This document shows, one piece after another, positions 1-12,485 of a stretch of 60,508 bases of DNA. Numbering within the stretch: the first letter of the stretch is position 1; every line of letters starts with the position of its first letter. Made by a program: the position numbers and the translations under genes. The notes under the pieces are model-generated. The model saw nothing but the letters and a program-made list of their open reading frames with translations, was not told the origin of the DNA and searched no databases. Origin of the DNA: an uncultured Nitrososphaerales archaeon (GTDB taxonomy: Archaea; Thermoproteota; Nitrososphaeria; Nitrososphaerales; Nitrososphaeraceae); the NCBI GenBank assembly GCA_963709405.1, contig CAVPXM010000065.1:1-60508 (forward strand). Direction: 5' to 3'.

Positions 1-795
1 GGAAAGGATGGAGACGATGTCCAAGATGTGGATATCGATTGTTCTACCATCTTAAAGATAAGAGGTTTGGATGCAAACGTTGCAGATACAAATTTGGAGA
101 GTTGACAGGAACTTATCTTGGAGAGTTTTATTTCCCACTTGATATACTAGTGCACCTCCTCTATCTCTATGCTCTTGCAGTACCAGCTGTACAGAATCCG
201 ATTTTATGTTCCACGTAGCTTGGCCACAATAGAGAGAACATTGAGTATTCAGACAATCAATCTACAATGAATCACTTCAGAAATTAAAGGAGCTGAAGAA
301 GTCTGTCAGGAGAAATAGAAATAGACGAAGCATTATTTGGTGGACATAGGAAAGGAAAACGCGGATGGGGTGCAGAAGGTAAAAGCCTGGTATTTGGAAT
401 ATATCAAAGAAATGGGAAGGTCATCACATTTCCTGTATCTGACAGAATACAGGATACATTAATTCCAATAATTAAACTCCATACTAAGAAGCGTTCCTTG
501 TATTATACCGATGACCATACTGCATATGCTTCATTAGGTCTAATCGGAAAACATCAGATAATCGCTCATCGAATGGAAGAATATGTACGTGAAGATACTA
601 GTCATATCAATGGTATTGAAGGATTCTGGAGTTATGCAAAGACCTGGTTGTATCATTATCGAGGTATATACCCAAACAGTACCTTCACCTGTACCTTAAA
701 GAAATAGAATTTAGATTCAACCATAGGAACGAAGATATCTTCCGATTACTAGTGAAAATAATGGTAAGAACTGTTCCAACTTCTTAGGTATTACC
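1..795 (+). mobile_element. Degenerate IS1595-family (ISXO2-like) element, cut by the window start; frameshifted transposase plus terminal inverted repeat
   Basis: Fragments translate to CPRCGYRL, EIDEALFGG, YTDD and INGIEGFWSYAK, paralogous to 53376..54191. The end 772-795 (tgttccaacttcttaggtattacc) matches the TIR of the 53368..54300 copy at 22/24. Confidence 0.9.
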
Positions 796-869
796 TATTT
801 TTAAAGAGAGAAACTATCTATTACGAACAATAATTATAGTCGCTAATTCACAGATAAGCACCTATGAAT

Positions 870-1404
870 AGCAATTTTGTTTTTATTCACAATGCAATTA
901 CTTGATTTTTCGGACGGTTTTTAGGATATCTAAGGTCTGTTTTTGTAGTTGCTTTATTTCGTCCTTCAATTTGCTTGATTGACTTGAACTGTCTTTCCGT
1001 CAATGTAATGTACTTTTGAATGGTTTAAGAATTTTTGTTATTTGATTGTATATTACTGGTCTGTTTTGCAAGCTGCTTTATTAAATCTGATACCCGACTG
1101 GTTTCATCCAATCTAGCAGTACGTTTTATCAATTTTTTTCTTTTTTCTTTACTTTTGCCCTTGAGAGTGATCCACCTTCCTCTTGTTTAGTTGGTAATGT
1201 AGATGTTTGTTCATCATCTTTTTCTTCAAGCACTTCAGTTTCAAAATCCTGTCCAATTGGTAACTGTTCTTCAGACTGTTTGTTTTCAACTAGTAGCAAT
1301 TCCTTTTCTTGTTCCCTGTTTGATGGAAGGTCATTATTATCATCATTATCGATAGCCTCAGTAGGCATATAACTTAAATTATAATGATCATTTTTGTTGC
1401 TCAT
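870..1404 (-). pseudogene. Hypothetical protein with acidic N-terminus and basic coiled-coil C-terminus, frameshifted
   Basis: ORF 1129..1404 is acidic; K/Q-rich coding-like sequence continues downstream in another frame after an A-run. Confidence 0.4.
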
Positions 1405-1971
1405 AAGTATTACCTTGGTCTATCCAAAACATTTACGTCAGATATCAAAAGACAAAGACAAAATTAAGATCGAAGATAGAACTATAGCGTTCTAATATTA
1501 TGTTATCTTGATGCGCCTAATGTCGATTGCTTTTCATCAACATTGACTACTACCTTGGAATAGAATTGAATTCATTTTTTACTAGTTGAATTGGGAGCCT
1601 TAGTCTTCTTGTTACTCAAGTCTATTCCATCCAAAATATTCTCTTAGTCTTCGAGTTTAATGAAGTCTGGTGATCGAATTGACCCTTTCATATATTGATA
1701 TAGTTCACAAAGTAATGTTGCGTTTATAGGATTCTCCAATAAAGATATTTTATTGATATACGAGACGGCTAGTTAGAGATAATGCTTGAAGTCTAGTTTT
1801 ATGTTTGTCTGCTAAATAAGCGGATTTATTGTCGAAGCGCATCATATTGATTGGATTGAGTCCTGCAATCGATTGAATGGATGGATGGTGATAATACAAA
1901 AGAGTTGTTGGATAATACTCATTTAACGGTATTAGTAATACTACCAACAAAGAAATTGTCAAGCATTTTTA

Positions 1972-2385
1972 TCACAAAGTCTGGCCGCTTTCTGGAATCC
2001 AATGACCAGAGTTGGGAACTTGAATACCTGTAACATTTTGAGCCAATGCATTCATTCCATACAGTGCATAATTAATAGTAACATTCCCTCCAAATGCTGG
2101 GATGTATCCTGCTCCTACAGCCAGTACCGGCATTGTAAGCTTAGTCTTTGAATAATTTTCATTTTGAATTGCATCTTGTGGGAAAGCTCGGAAATAGTTA
2201 AATCCATCGCGCATTCCACCTGGGGCAGAATAATGGCTAACAAATTCGTTGATATCAGCATGGGTGATTGCAGATGGATTATGTGCAAGATTGTGATAAA
2301 ACCATGATAGGTACGTTATCTCTTTTCCGTCTACAAGAGCTTCTGGTAAATCAGGAAGTAATTGTTGAAATGGAAACAAATCCTC
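1972..2385 (-). pseudogene. Alpha/beta hydrolase (epoxide-hydrolase-like) C-terminal fragment
   Basis: LPDLPEALVDGKE, YSAPGGMRDGFNYFRAF, LTMPVLAVG and SGHWIPE (catalytic His motif); the N-terminal half is absent. Confidence 0.8.
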
Positions 2386-2544
2386 CTCCAACTCCATTAC
2401 GACAGCCAACTCGTCCACGGCCAGAAGCAACGACACCAAAAAAACTGGTCTCACCATCTTGCACTCCACCACCAGAAGGAGATTTCCTAAGGGTAAACTG
2501 CAGGTTTATCAAGCTCCTTATTATCAAAAGCATCAGAGGATTCG

Positions 2545-2691
2545 ACGTAAAAGGATCGCATCGTAACGTAACAAGATCGAGATTAACGTAATAACATATG
2601 AAAATCATCGCATTACGTAAATACTATTACGTCATTTTTTACGTAATAATGACTGGTGATCAAAAACAAAAGGCCTTTTTTTATTACGTCA
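2545..2691. repeat. Cluster of seven ACGTAA/ACGTCA motifs
   Basis: ACGT(A/C)A at 2545, 2566, 2586, 2615, 2629, 2641 and 2686. Confidence 0.7.
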
Positions 2692-2742
2692 AATTTTAAA
2701 AATCATCCCCAAATATTGCGAGTAAATCTACCGGCTCTAAAA

Positions 2743-2761
2743 TGGTGGACTGGGCGGGATT
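2743..2761 (-). other. tRNA-Ala 3'-end fragment (att-site scar)
   Basis: Reverse complement aatcccgcccagtccacca is the T-arm 3' strand plus acceptor CCAGUCC-A-CCA (pairs with GGGCUGG, G3.U70 Ala identity). The rest of the tRNA is absent. Confidence 0.7.
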
Positions 2762-3258
2762 ATATCCCTTGTGGTTAAGGGGTTCAACTACTCTATGGAC
2801 TAATCTTTCAGAGAATTTTGTTATGTTACTATCCTTGCTGTATCTTACATGCGAACGAGCACATTCTATCATTATCCATCTCAGTCTTTACTACCTGTTT
2901 TAGTTATGTTACCGTGATACGTTACCCCACCAGAACTATGCGTTGACTGGGACTAGTCCAGCATATGAACATAGATCGATCTGAATCAGGAAATCTGTTT
3001 ATTGCACCGATTTCACTTATTATGAGTAGAGCAGAATAATATCCTACCCCGGGAATTGTCGTAAGTAATCTTGTTGCTTTGTCTTTTTCATTCTGCTATA
3101 GGATCTATTGTTCTAGGCCTTACTGATACCTAGGACTTTGATAGCCGCAAATAACACTCCGATTACCACATGGCTATAGCATTCTTTACTATTAGATCAT
3201 TTATTGTTCTGAACTCAGGTAAACTGGACGGTAGAAAAGAATTGTTAGTATTATCCCT

Positions 3259-3816
3259 TCATTGCAGTATCGGTTCTTTCATTGTGATGTTTTTAATGAA
3301 TTCCTTAAGCTGAGGGAGAGTTTGCTCTAAATATGGAATGACGTCCAAGGAAGCATTGGCCGAAAGTAATGAACCATGCAATGAATAATTTCTTATATGC
3401 TTTATCATCCAATACCAGGTGCCTTCCTGATTTGCTTTGCTTAATTCGTTTGCCAAGTCTACGCTCTTACCCTGATCTGACAGCGCGCTAATTACTTTAT
3501 CCACCTCCATACTTTATCCACCTCCATTCTATCACCTGGAATGCCGGAGAACGAAACCTATCAATTATCCTAAATAGTAGAGAACCAAAGGTTCCAATCA
3601 TTTGGGAAATCAATGAGTCTATTTCCATTTCAGCACTTACTTGTGCATCCTTTGATGACAAGATCGCCGTGTTGCGATTTAATATTTTTTATATTCTTCA
3701 AATGTTCCTCGCAGGCATACAGTTTAAAGATCATTCTGTCTGACTGCAGAAAAGGTAGGTCTGGGTTGGTCATCAGTTATCTGTACAGGACTTCTACTTA
3801 TGTTCTTCGTGTCCAT
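3259..3816 (-). pseudogene. HEPN-like (RxxxxH) protein, multiply frameshifted
   Basis: C-terminal WYWMIKHIRNYSLH; upstream frames give IFKLYACEEHLKNI and AEMEIDSLISQMIG; 17-bp tandem duplication at about 3493-3526. Confidence 0.5.
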
Positions 3817-5029
3817 TCAATTTATAGAATCTTAACATTTTGTTTTTCTGACAGTGTTTACTCTATTGAATTGACTAACATTATAAGCTAATTTGCCCAA
3901 TATTCAATGAGGTTAATGTTATTATAGTCTACATTATCGTACCCATGATCATCATACATAGTCACTACCTGCTTTAATCAATGTCTCATCAATTATGAAC
4001 TCAGATATTGTCCTTCTAGTCTAAAATATCCTCTTTGGCTTTGTATCGTCGAATCCAATTCCAGATAGATAGAGAGATGGACGTTTTCCTGAGTGATAGC
4101 CCCGAGAGAATAGCTGCAATGCGTGATAAACATACTTTGAAGAGGTCCTGCTTCTTTCTTTGGATATAGCCATTATCGGGATGTAGGATGTTTTTAGGCT
4201 ATATGTCTATCCGTTAACTGAACAGTGCCTTATGAGAAATAGAAAGTCTTTAAAGCTTTTCTATTATTGATGAGGACCTGTTAAGTTAACGATATGTGAA
4301 CCATCTATCTATATTGATGTCAGACGGTATCCATGCTTGTTGGAATGGATTTGCATAAGAAGTATCTGCAAATAGCTTTAATGAAAAATATGGAAGGTTT
4401 GTTGTTATTGTTATTGTTGTTTGTTATATTGTTTTTATTATCTTATCCAGATGTAGTAGCGTTTTGCATAGCTCCGGGCTACTTTTTGTAGAAGAAGCAT
4501 CTTACCATGTGCGATTAATACATCTTGCAATTCCAATGCGCCAATTAGTGTCTTAAGAGTCTGCGGGACATCCAACGATCTGGACCTTATCCAACACTGG
4601 CAGCAAGTTCGGGATGTTCTGACCTCATTTGATTATCTTCGCCTTAATCATATCTCTTGTCACCATTCCTCCCGGTAGTGACATAGTGGCGTTTTGCGCT
4701 GCTGGATATTCGAAGGCAGGACAGTTACTGTAGCCAACAATACCGTGCTAATGCCATGCCTGCAAATCCAAACTTCATTTGTTTGCTCATGGTCAACTGA
4801 ACGAGGTGAAAGTATATAAGATTTCACCTTAACCTTGTTAACTAAGATTTTTAAATAATAAATCAACAGCATACGGTTTGAATAGATGCATAGTTGACAC
4901 ATAAAAGCATCCATAAAGGTTATATTTTCTAGTCTAAGGTGTAGTATTGCTTTCTTTTTCAAGAGAGTAATTTCATTAATTAATGGTTTTTGAATTTCCT
5001 AACAGGTCCTCCAAATATTTCTAAAATTC

Positions 5030-5152
5030 ACATGGATATGGATATAGGTGGATGGCAGAAACGGCATTATCTTCTATTAAAAGGATGTTTGGTGAACACA
5101 TAACGGCTAGAAAATTTCCTAACGGTGTTCAAAACATGGTTTCTACAGAGCC
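5030..5152. mobile_element. IS5-family transposase scrap (+) fused to an inverted 33-bp IS end
   Basis: YGYRWMAETALSSIKRMFGEH is a DDE Glu motif; the reverse complement of 5120-5152 matches 50824-50856 at 32/33. Confidence 0.8.
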
Positions 5153-5671
5153 ACCTGAAGAATATGTTGATGACTACAAAAGGATGCTCAAGACATTCGA
5201 TGAGACTTATCGTCAGAAAAAATTGCAAAAAGTGGAGTATTGCAAGAATAGATTATTTTATGTTATGCAGAAAATTCAGGATATTTACCAGTCGTATCTT
5301 CGTAGATAGAATCACAAAATATATCGCCATTCTTTCTCTTTGATTCTTGTTGAAGGAACTTACAGATTAGACAATACATTACCTCATTCGTTATCTTGTA
5401 CTCTTTCAATCAATACTGTTGTGCTGCCAAGTGTTACCATAATATGTAAATGTTTACATCTTCAACCCCGTTATATACTGGGCCCAAGTGGGTTAGGTCC
5501 CTGCATGTAGAGGGCTTCAATGGTTTGTGTTATTAATATTTCAATTAACTATAACAAGACGAATACATTATTCAAATAATCTGTTTCATAGGATTCTAAC
5601 CTAGTTAGTAAGTCCTATTTACCGTTCCTGCGACCTATGCAATATCATTGTAACTTCTGCCGTCTATCTGT

Positions 5672-5784
5672 TTTAGGATCCTTAGCAGAGGCTCTTCAAG
5701 AACATGTCGATAAAATATGGCAGTTAATTTTTCGAATGCAGGCGCACCATCAGCCCACTTGTACAAGGACGGTACAGAAATCAT
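5672..5784 (-). pseudogene. Truncated haemoglobin N-terminal fragment
   Basis: Hand translation MISVPSLYKWADGAPAFEKLTAIFYRHVLEEPLL resembles the group II trHb start (LYEWAGG...L...FY..V..DPLL). Confidence 0.6.
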
Positions 5785-6233
5785 TATCTTCCCCTTGATT
5801 ACTGCCCATTATTTATAATACTCCAAAAAGACACTTACGTGTTGCCATTCTCGTAATCTTTTTTCAGGGCTCAAGCGCATCCACCACGTGCTCAAACTCA
5901 AACTATCATCATTTCTAGAAGTATCTGATGCCAGGACATTATGGGCCTTTACCCGCAATGCAGATCTGTATGATGGATCATATCCTCTCTTTCGATCAGT
6001 CGGCTACTATTGATATATTAGGTCGAATGATCTTTTTATACTTTTGTTAAATCAATCAAATATTACCAAATTAAAAAAGTATCCAAGATTCAACATAAAT
6101 TTACACTTGCATTTGGAATCAGTCAACTATTAGTAGGAGGCAGCTTTTATAGTCCTACGTATATACTAGTCTAACAGAAGGCAGTCCAACATTGACAAGA
6201 TGAGCATTACTAGAACACAGATAGATATGCTTA

Positions 6234-6551
6234 TCACCACCCACACCTAGGAGCAGGACCTTTAGAGTGCCCGGAGGTATTCCCGCGGAGGCCATGAACT
6301 GTCCTCGAAATACCACCAAGGAACAAGGCTCCTGCACCAAAGAATATTAGAATCCCTAAGGTGAATATTGGAAGTTTCATTAGAATTATTGATAATCCTA
6401 TTATTAGCAGGCGGATTCCAATATTAACCAGGCGTGAACGTCCAGATAGTGGATCTTCTATTCCGATAGCTACCGGTTCAATTCCACTGGCGTTGTTGTT
6501 TGTGTTTTTAGTATGTCGATGATATAAATATATATTTGATTTTATGGCCAA
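6234..6551 (-). pseudogene. HdeD/DUF308-like membrane protein fragment
   Basis: GIE...IGI...SRLVNIGI hydrophobic helices; GALFLGGISRTVHG. Confidence 0.45.
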
Positions 6552-6605
6552 CTCCCAACGTTAAATTATTGCCACATCTCTGCAATTTTACCATCCGTTG
6601 TAATT

Positions 6606-6870
6606 CTAAAGAGATCGAATCCGGTAAATGGTTATTGGCTTGTCGCTAGGGGGCATGCCTAACATCTCCTTTTTGAGTATACCAAGAAATGTGCATCGAA
6701 TCAATACTTTATCTCCGTTAAATATTGTATCATGGTGTGTGACTTGATATATATGGGAGCTGTCTGCTACTGATGATGCAAATTTCTTTACACCTTCTGG
6801 ACCATAGGTAAACTCAGAAGGAAGCACAGGATTCTTTACCTCAGGATCCAATCCGCAGTTAAAATATCCT
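6606..6870 (-). pseudogene. SnoaL-like ester cyclase fragment
   Basis: GPEGVKKF...HHDTIFNGDKVLIRCTFLG...LGMPPSDKPITI. Confidence 0.7.
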
Positions 6871-8075
6871 CGGTTTAAAGCAATTATAGGATAAAACGAC
6901 TTTGCTCTAAAGTGTGTTCTGGAAGTGGGTGTATATGAGTGTATATGGATCATCATAAAAGATGTTATCTATATAATCTATCTTTATTGCAATATTTGGA
7001 TGATCGCTGGTCAGACCAAGTATAACAAAGACCCATGAATGAAATGACTTGGTTGATGAGCAAGTACCAACGACCATGATGTTTGCGGCAAGAATTATCT
7101 AGCATCGCATATGATATATATCTTATAAATTCTGTGGTAGTGAAACATACTATTTACATAATCATTGCTTACATGCCTTTCTGTTTCATTATTTTTTTAT
7201 CATATTTACTGCTTGGTCGCCAGCCTGAGCAAGGGAGCTATCTGTCGATATCCCTGGACATTCAAGTCACGAACCTGATAAATATTCAACTTATTTTTCA
7301 GTACTACTCACTGATAGCACAAAATATAATAGGCTGATGAAAAATGAGTTGAGATGTTGTCACAAGCCGAAGGGTATAACTTATTTAGAATACGAGAGTC
7401 TGAAGGATAGGCAAAACGTTATTCTTTATACACCACAATCCTTTATATCTATTACACCGTTACTTTGCTACATAATTTATCATGATAAAGCGATACTCTT
7501 TATAGATACCGACATAGTAGCTGGTAATGTTGCCCCTTATCATACTCTTAATGAAAGTTCAAGAAAATTGTGGAATTAAATAAAATGACCGGTGATTCTA
7601 GATTTGTAGAAAGTATTGGCACTAGTCGTAAATTGATTTACATTCCTATTGCAGGACTGATAATATCCACCCTTAGATTTTCGGTAGCTGAATTAGGTTT
7701 AATTTAAAATTTGGCCGTTTTGTATCACGAACGTGACATAAGTGAGAAAGAGAGAGTAGATAAATTGTAAATAATGTTCTAAAATGCTATCATTCCACTC
7801 AAAACTGCATAAAATATTCCCATAAACGTTATGAGTGACTCCAATGTGGCTATCAATGATATTTGTATTAGAATTATTATGATTAATGATATTCGATGTA
7901 TAATGTCAACCTGCGTGAGTCCAGAGATAATGAAAACAGTCCTTAAAGGAGGTAGACGTGGGTGGTCGACCCAAATGGTAAAACATTCTTAATAGAAGGC
8001 AGTCAACTCAGAAACATAAGTTGGTATTCTCAAAGAAGTTACATATATATAAGTTAGTTCCACGAAGAGGCAATA

Positions 8076-8859
8076 ATGAATCATCAAAGAATCTTACCGA
8101 TCGGTATCATATTGACGTTGCTGGTCTCGGCGCCATCATTGTTAATAACTAATCATCATATCTACGCACAAAATAATTCCAGGCAGCAATAAGAATAACA
8201 TTGATATCAAAACTATGATTCCTAAATTTTTGCAATCGTTAAGAAAGGATATCAGCGGACATTATAGTAATCCGACCTTTGGTATTAATGACATAGCCTT
8301 TCCTGGAGGATGGCATGGTCGTGCAATTGAGACCGAATTTGGACTTCTTATAAACATGCATCCTGGCAACGAAAGTCAATATTTACGTAATTTGTTAAAC
8401 AGAGAAAATCCAGTCATAAGTCCAGTTATATTGGTACAATCGCTTAACAATTCGGTGATTAATAAGCTAAGCTTTCCTACCTTTTCCATTTCCAAAAACT
8501 GCAAAGAATTGGCTGCAAACTCGACTTCCGTGGTAAATGGCAAGACATTTCATGTATATACAATAGAATGTCCGTTCTCCAAACTATTTTCGGGAGCGTC
8601 TATCAATAACCAGAGTGGAGCAAGTTCTAGTCTTGGCAATAATAGTGCTATCACTACGCCACCTAAAAATTTCAATATTAATGGCATAGGACAAACTAAG
8701 GTATATGAATACAAGACGCCAGATAGAACTTATCGACTGATGCTAGTAGTTAGCAGTCCTCTGTTCTCTTCAGCCACCCCTTCTACTACGCAGAAACCTG
8801 ATATTAGCAAGTATATTCCAGCCATCGACGCTACAGCAAAAACCCTGAAAATTAAATAG
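8076..8859 (+). CDS. Secreted hypothetical protein (one 1-nt frameshift near 8183)
   Basis: A signal peptide from ATG 8076 (ends HIYAQ) joins ORF 8215..8859 when one G is removed at aggcagc. Confidence 0.65.
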
Positions 8860-8910
8860 TAATATGAACAAAATACTCCCATTCTTTCATCTTACTCGTT
8901 TTTTCATTAA

Positions 8911-9350
8911 GAACCTATCCGAACAGTAGTGTAGTATAGCTCCCAGCCAGACCCAAGAGCAGTCATCAAATAGTGAATCGAATTCTGAGTGATACTGGAT
9001 AAAGTTAGAAGGAAGTCAAGCTAGCGATTAGCTATGAATGTTAACTTGAGGCATGAGATGGTTATTGTATGATGGAGGTATAACTAGAACCAACTCAATG
9101 AAGCTAGATAGTGATAGATTCTAATCATCACCAACGCTATAGATGGAATGTTGGAATCTAACTATTGATGATGAAATAAGCAGGTAAATTACAATGGAAT
9201 CACAGACAATCGAATCGAAGGTCCACTCCTGGCACAACAGGCTCAGAAAACTCTTAGTTAGATATGAAAAGAAATTAGAAAACTATTTTGCGTTAGTATG
9301 TTTGGGTTGTTGTATTCTTATTTACAGGAGGATAATTTTGGGATAGGCTC
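8911..9350 (+). mobile_element. Internally replaced IS5-family (IS1031-like) derivative or MITE
   Basis: Ends gaacctatcc / ggataggctc (imperfect IR) flanked by TAA on both sides; 9210-9345 encodes the transposase C-terminus WHNRLRKLLVRYEKKLENYFALVCL. Confidence 0.6.
8963..9171 (+). ncRNA. Candidate structured RNA
   Basis: Closing helix tcatcaa-a-tagt/acta-ttgatga; inner stems aagtta/taactt, agctag/ttagct, tggttat/ataacta, tagattc/gaatcta. Confidence 0.35.
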
Positions 9351-9943
9351 TAAGTCCTGATATTGGTAACAATCGCAGTGTATTTGCAAAACTACTAGAA
9401 ATCACATCTTTATGTTAATGTTAAAGATTGATACTGCACCAAAGATATAAAGGGCTGGTCTAGTTGTTAATAGTGCAATAAGAATATTGGGAATACATTA
9501 TTATCAAAACAGCAAACTTGAGATGCAAGTTCTCATAACATATAAGGTCTCGTATTATTGTAGTTGACATTTTGAACAATAAACATGACTATTATTCATC
9601 TTTCCTTACGATATATCCTTTTTATACTTTTATCTTCCTATAACTGCCTCAGTTCTAGGGATCCATGATAGAAGTAGTTCAGACTCATGTTTCACTTTTC
9701 TAATTCTGAGTTCGTCTATGAGGTGCATATCTAAATTTATATACGAGGAATTTATTCTTCAATTATCTGTATTTTGGAGATGTCCAAGGTACCTGTACAA
9801 GCCTAAATATTTCAGCTAGCAATAGTCTACATCGATCGATTGTGAAGTCTTATCAACACATTTTTGGGCCTGAACAAATGTATAAGATTTATAGAATTTT
9901 ATAGAATCAGTTATTTTATTGTTTTATTCAGTAGTAGTCTCAG

Positions 9944-10169
9944 ATCGTTGGTCTGGGTTCGGTGGAAACCAAGACAAATTTGACTCATTTTTGCCACCCA
10001 GAATTGGTCAATGATGGGACTATGGCGTCCTTCTAGGATAGATGAAACATCCTTTGATATGCCTCTACTCGTTTCTCTACCTGTCAATTGTGTTCTAGGT
10101 TTTTATAAGTACCAGAAAAAAAGCGATAGTAAGGGGTAAATTTTCAACACCCTTACGTCCACCATAGTT
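9944..10169 (+). ncRNA. Candidate structured RNA
   Basis: Stems atcgttgg/tcaatgat, tctgggt/acccaga, ggt-GGAA-acc, gactatgg/ccatagtt, gtaaggg/cccttac; TTTATAGA upstream. Confidence 0.45.
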
Positions 10170-10535
10170 AGCCGCGTTAATAAAAAAGCCCCTGACACTT
10201 ACATATTTAGGTTCATGGATAGAAAGGATAGGATCAAAAATCGGTGACGAAACATACAAGTTCGTGAACGTTGACTTTTTGACCGAAGCGAAAGAATTCG
10301 CTGAATAACTACATTATTAAGATTTGTATCAGCTTGGGAACCGCTACCTATACTTATAGCAGGTCATCACTATCATCATTACCATTATTACCACGAACTG
10401 ATGAAGAACAACTTCCAAGGCCCGTTTTCCAAAGACTACCTGAAATAGAAGAATAGCGAAACATATACGGTTGTCAGGAAGCAGGATAAATTGGTTGAAC
10501 ATAATTAAGTATTACCTTGATTTATTCTATGAAAT

Positions 10536-12399
10536 CTAAATAGCATTTCTATCAACTATGGTATATTTATACCCCCTTTCTGTTAGAAAAAGCTGCCTTT
10601 TGGATGCATACTCTTGGTCGACAGTATCCTTTGAAACAACTGTGTAGAAGTATGCCTGTTTATTTGGTTTCTTTGGTCTCAGGATCCTTCCAAGTCGTTG
10701 GGCCTCTTCTTGTCTTGAACCAAAGGTACCGGAAACCTGTATAGCAACATTTGCATCTGGAAGGTCGATTGCATAATTTGCCACCTTAGACACTACCAGA
10801 AGCTTGATTTCAGATCTTCTAAACAACGAGTAAAGTCTTTCTCTCTCAGAATTCCGTGTCTTCCCAGTGATAATAGGAGCATTCGTGAATAAAGATATTT
10901 GCATCAACTGATCAATGTAATCACCTATTACCAGAATACTATCCTCTCCTCCTTCATGTTCTGAGATGAGCTGTTTAACAAGCTGAAACTTTCTTGGATT
11001 CTCTGCAGCTATACGGTATTTGTTCCTCAATGGAGATGTAGCATATTTCATCCTGTAATCATAATCCATTCCAATCCTAATCTCGTAGCACGCAGCTTCT
11101 GCAATCCATCCTTGGTCTTCAAGCTCTTTCCAAGGTGAGTCAAACTTCTTTGGTCCTACCAAAGAAAAGACATCATCTTCCATGCCATCCTCTCTAACAA
11201 GTGTGGCTGTCAAACCTAGGCGTCGTTTGGCTTGAATCTCTGCGGTTATCCTGAACACAGGTGCTGGAAGTAAGTGAACCTCATCGTATATTATCAATCC
11301 CCAGTTCTTTTCCCTGAATATTTCAAGATGTGGATATGTTCTTTGATCATCAGAATCAGTGCTGCAAGTGCTGCTGTTATTATTTTGTCTTTTAATATTA
11401 TCTCTAGCCTTAGTACTACTATATGTGAGGCATTGATAAGTGGTTACAGTTATTGGTTTCAATTCTTTCAAGTCTCCTGTGTATTCACCAATCATATTCC
11501 TGTCTATATGTGACTTTTCTACAAGTTCACTTATCCATTGTCTTACGCCTACGGTACTACTACCTATGATGAGTGTTTCTTGACAAACCTTGGATATTAT
11601 ATCAATTCCAACAATAGTCTTTCCTGCTCCACAGGGCATGACAATCACTCCACTTCCTCCTCTTTCAGAGCCTGATGCATAAAACGCTTCTGAAGCATGA
11701 TTCTGATAGTCTCTAAGACTGAATGCAGCGTTGGTAGAGGCCATCTTCTCTCTAAGTCTGATTGGAAGAGGATCTCCTGGAACATATCCTACAAGATCTT
11801 CAACAGGATAACCTATTTTTATAAGAGCATTTTTAATCCTTCCTCTATACATGGCATCGACTAGCAGAGTATTAGAACTGAGCTTGCGGAGGATGTATTT
11901 GTTGACGCTCTTGTTATTATATATCTCTGTTATTAGCAGATCATCAGAAGAAGTTAACAGAAGTAAATTAACCTGTGGATGATGTTGTTGGTCGATGGTG
12001 TAGAATGCTGATGCTGAAGAAGAAGAATTTCTAATATTAGTTGATTGATGGTTGTCACCATTATTCTTCTCTTTGTCTGCTATCTTTTCAAGCTTTAACT
12101 TACCATACCTGAAGAACCAGTCTTGTATATCGGCTACGATGTTTTGCGGGAGTTGGTACTTACTGAATCTCTGGAGAATTTCAAGGACTTTTTCACTTTT
12201 TAATCCAGATGCTGCCAGCATTCCATGTTGCAAGTGGCGTTATCTTGTAGGTATGTATGTACTCTGGTGATTTTACAAGCTCGGCAAACCTAGAAAGCCA
12301 GTCCCTGCATTCTGCGTAGAATTCATTTTCAACTTCGAGTAAGATAGTACCATCGCCTTGGACGATCATTGGTTTTGATCCTATTGTTGCAGCTGTCAT
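10536..12399 (-). CDS. xpb: Bacterial-type XPB/Ssl2 DNA repair helicase with N-terminal Helicase_C_3 domain (1-nt frameshift near 12216)
   Basis: KPMIVQGDGTILLE, FAELVKSPEYIHTYKITPL, Walker A MPCGAGKT, DEVH, LGLTATLVREDG (RED motif), SRQEEAQRLGRILRPK. Confidence 0.92.
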
Positions 12400-12485
12400 G
12401 GTGTATTTTCCTAAGTAGGGTGTAGCTTTTGTTTGTTTGCTAATATTTTATTTCCGCCTGTTAAATTCTTTTTTATACATTGTTT

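Noticed and set aside
2268-2608. ORFs 2268..2591 (+) and 2351..2608 (-)
   Set aside because: They span a junction between a hydrolase fragment and non-coding repeats, with no recognisable domain.
7661-7697. 10-11 nt matches (taatatccac, gctgaattagg) to the 41.7-41.9 kb element
   Set aside because: Many matches of this length are expected by chance in 60 kb of AT-rich DNA, and their order is not collinear.
10395-10445. Hammerhead ribozyme (ctgatga)
   Set aside because: No GAAA after stem II and no supporting stems I or III.
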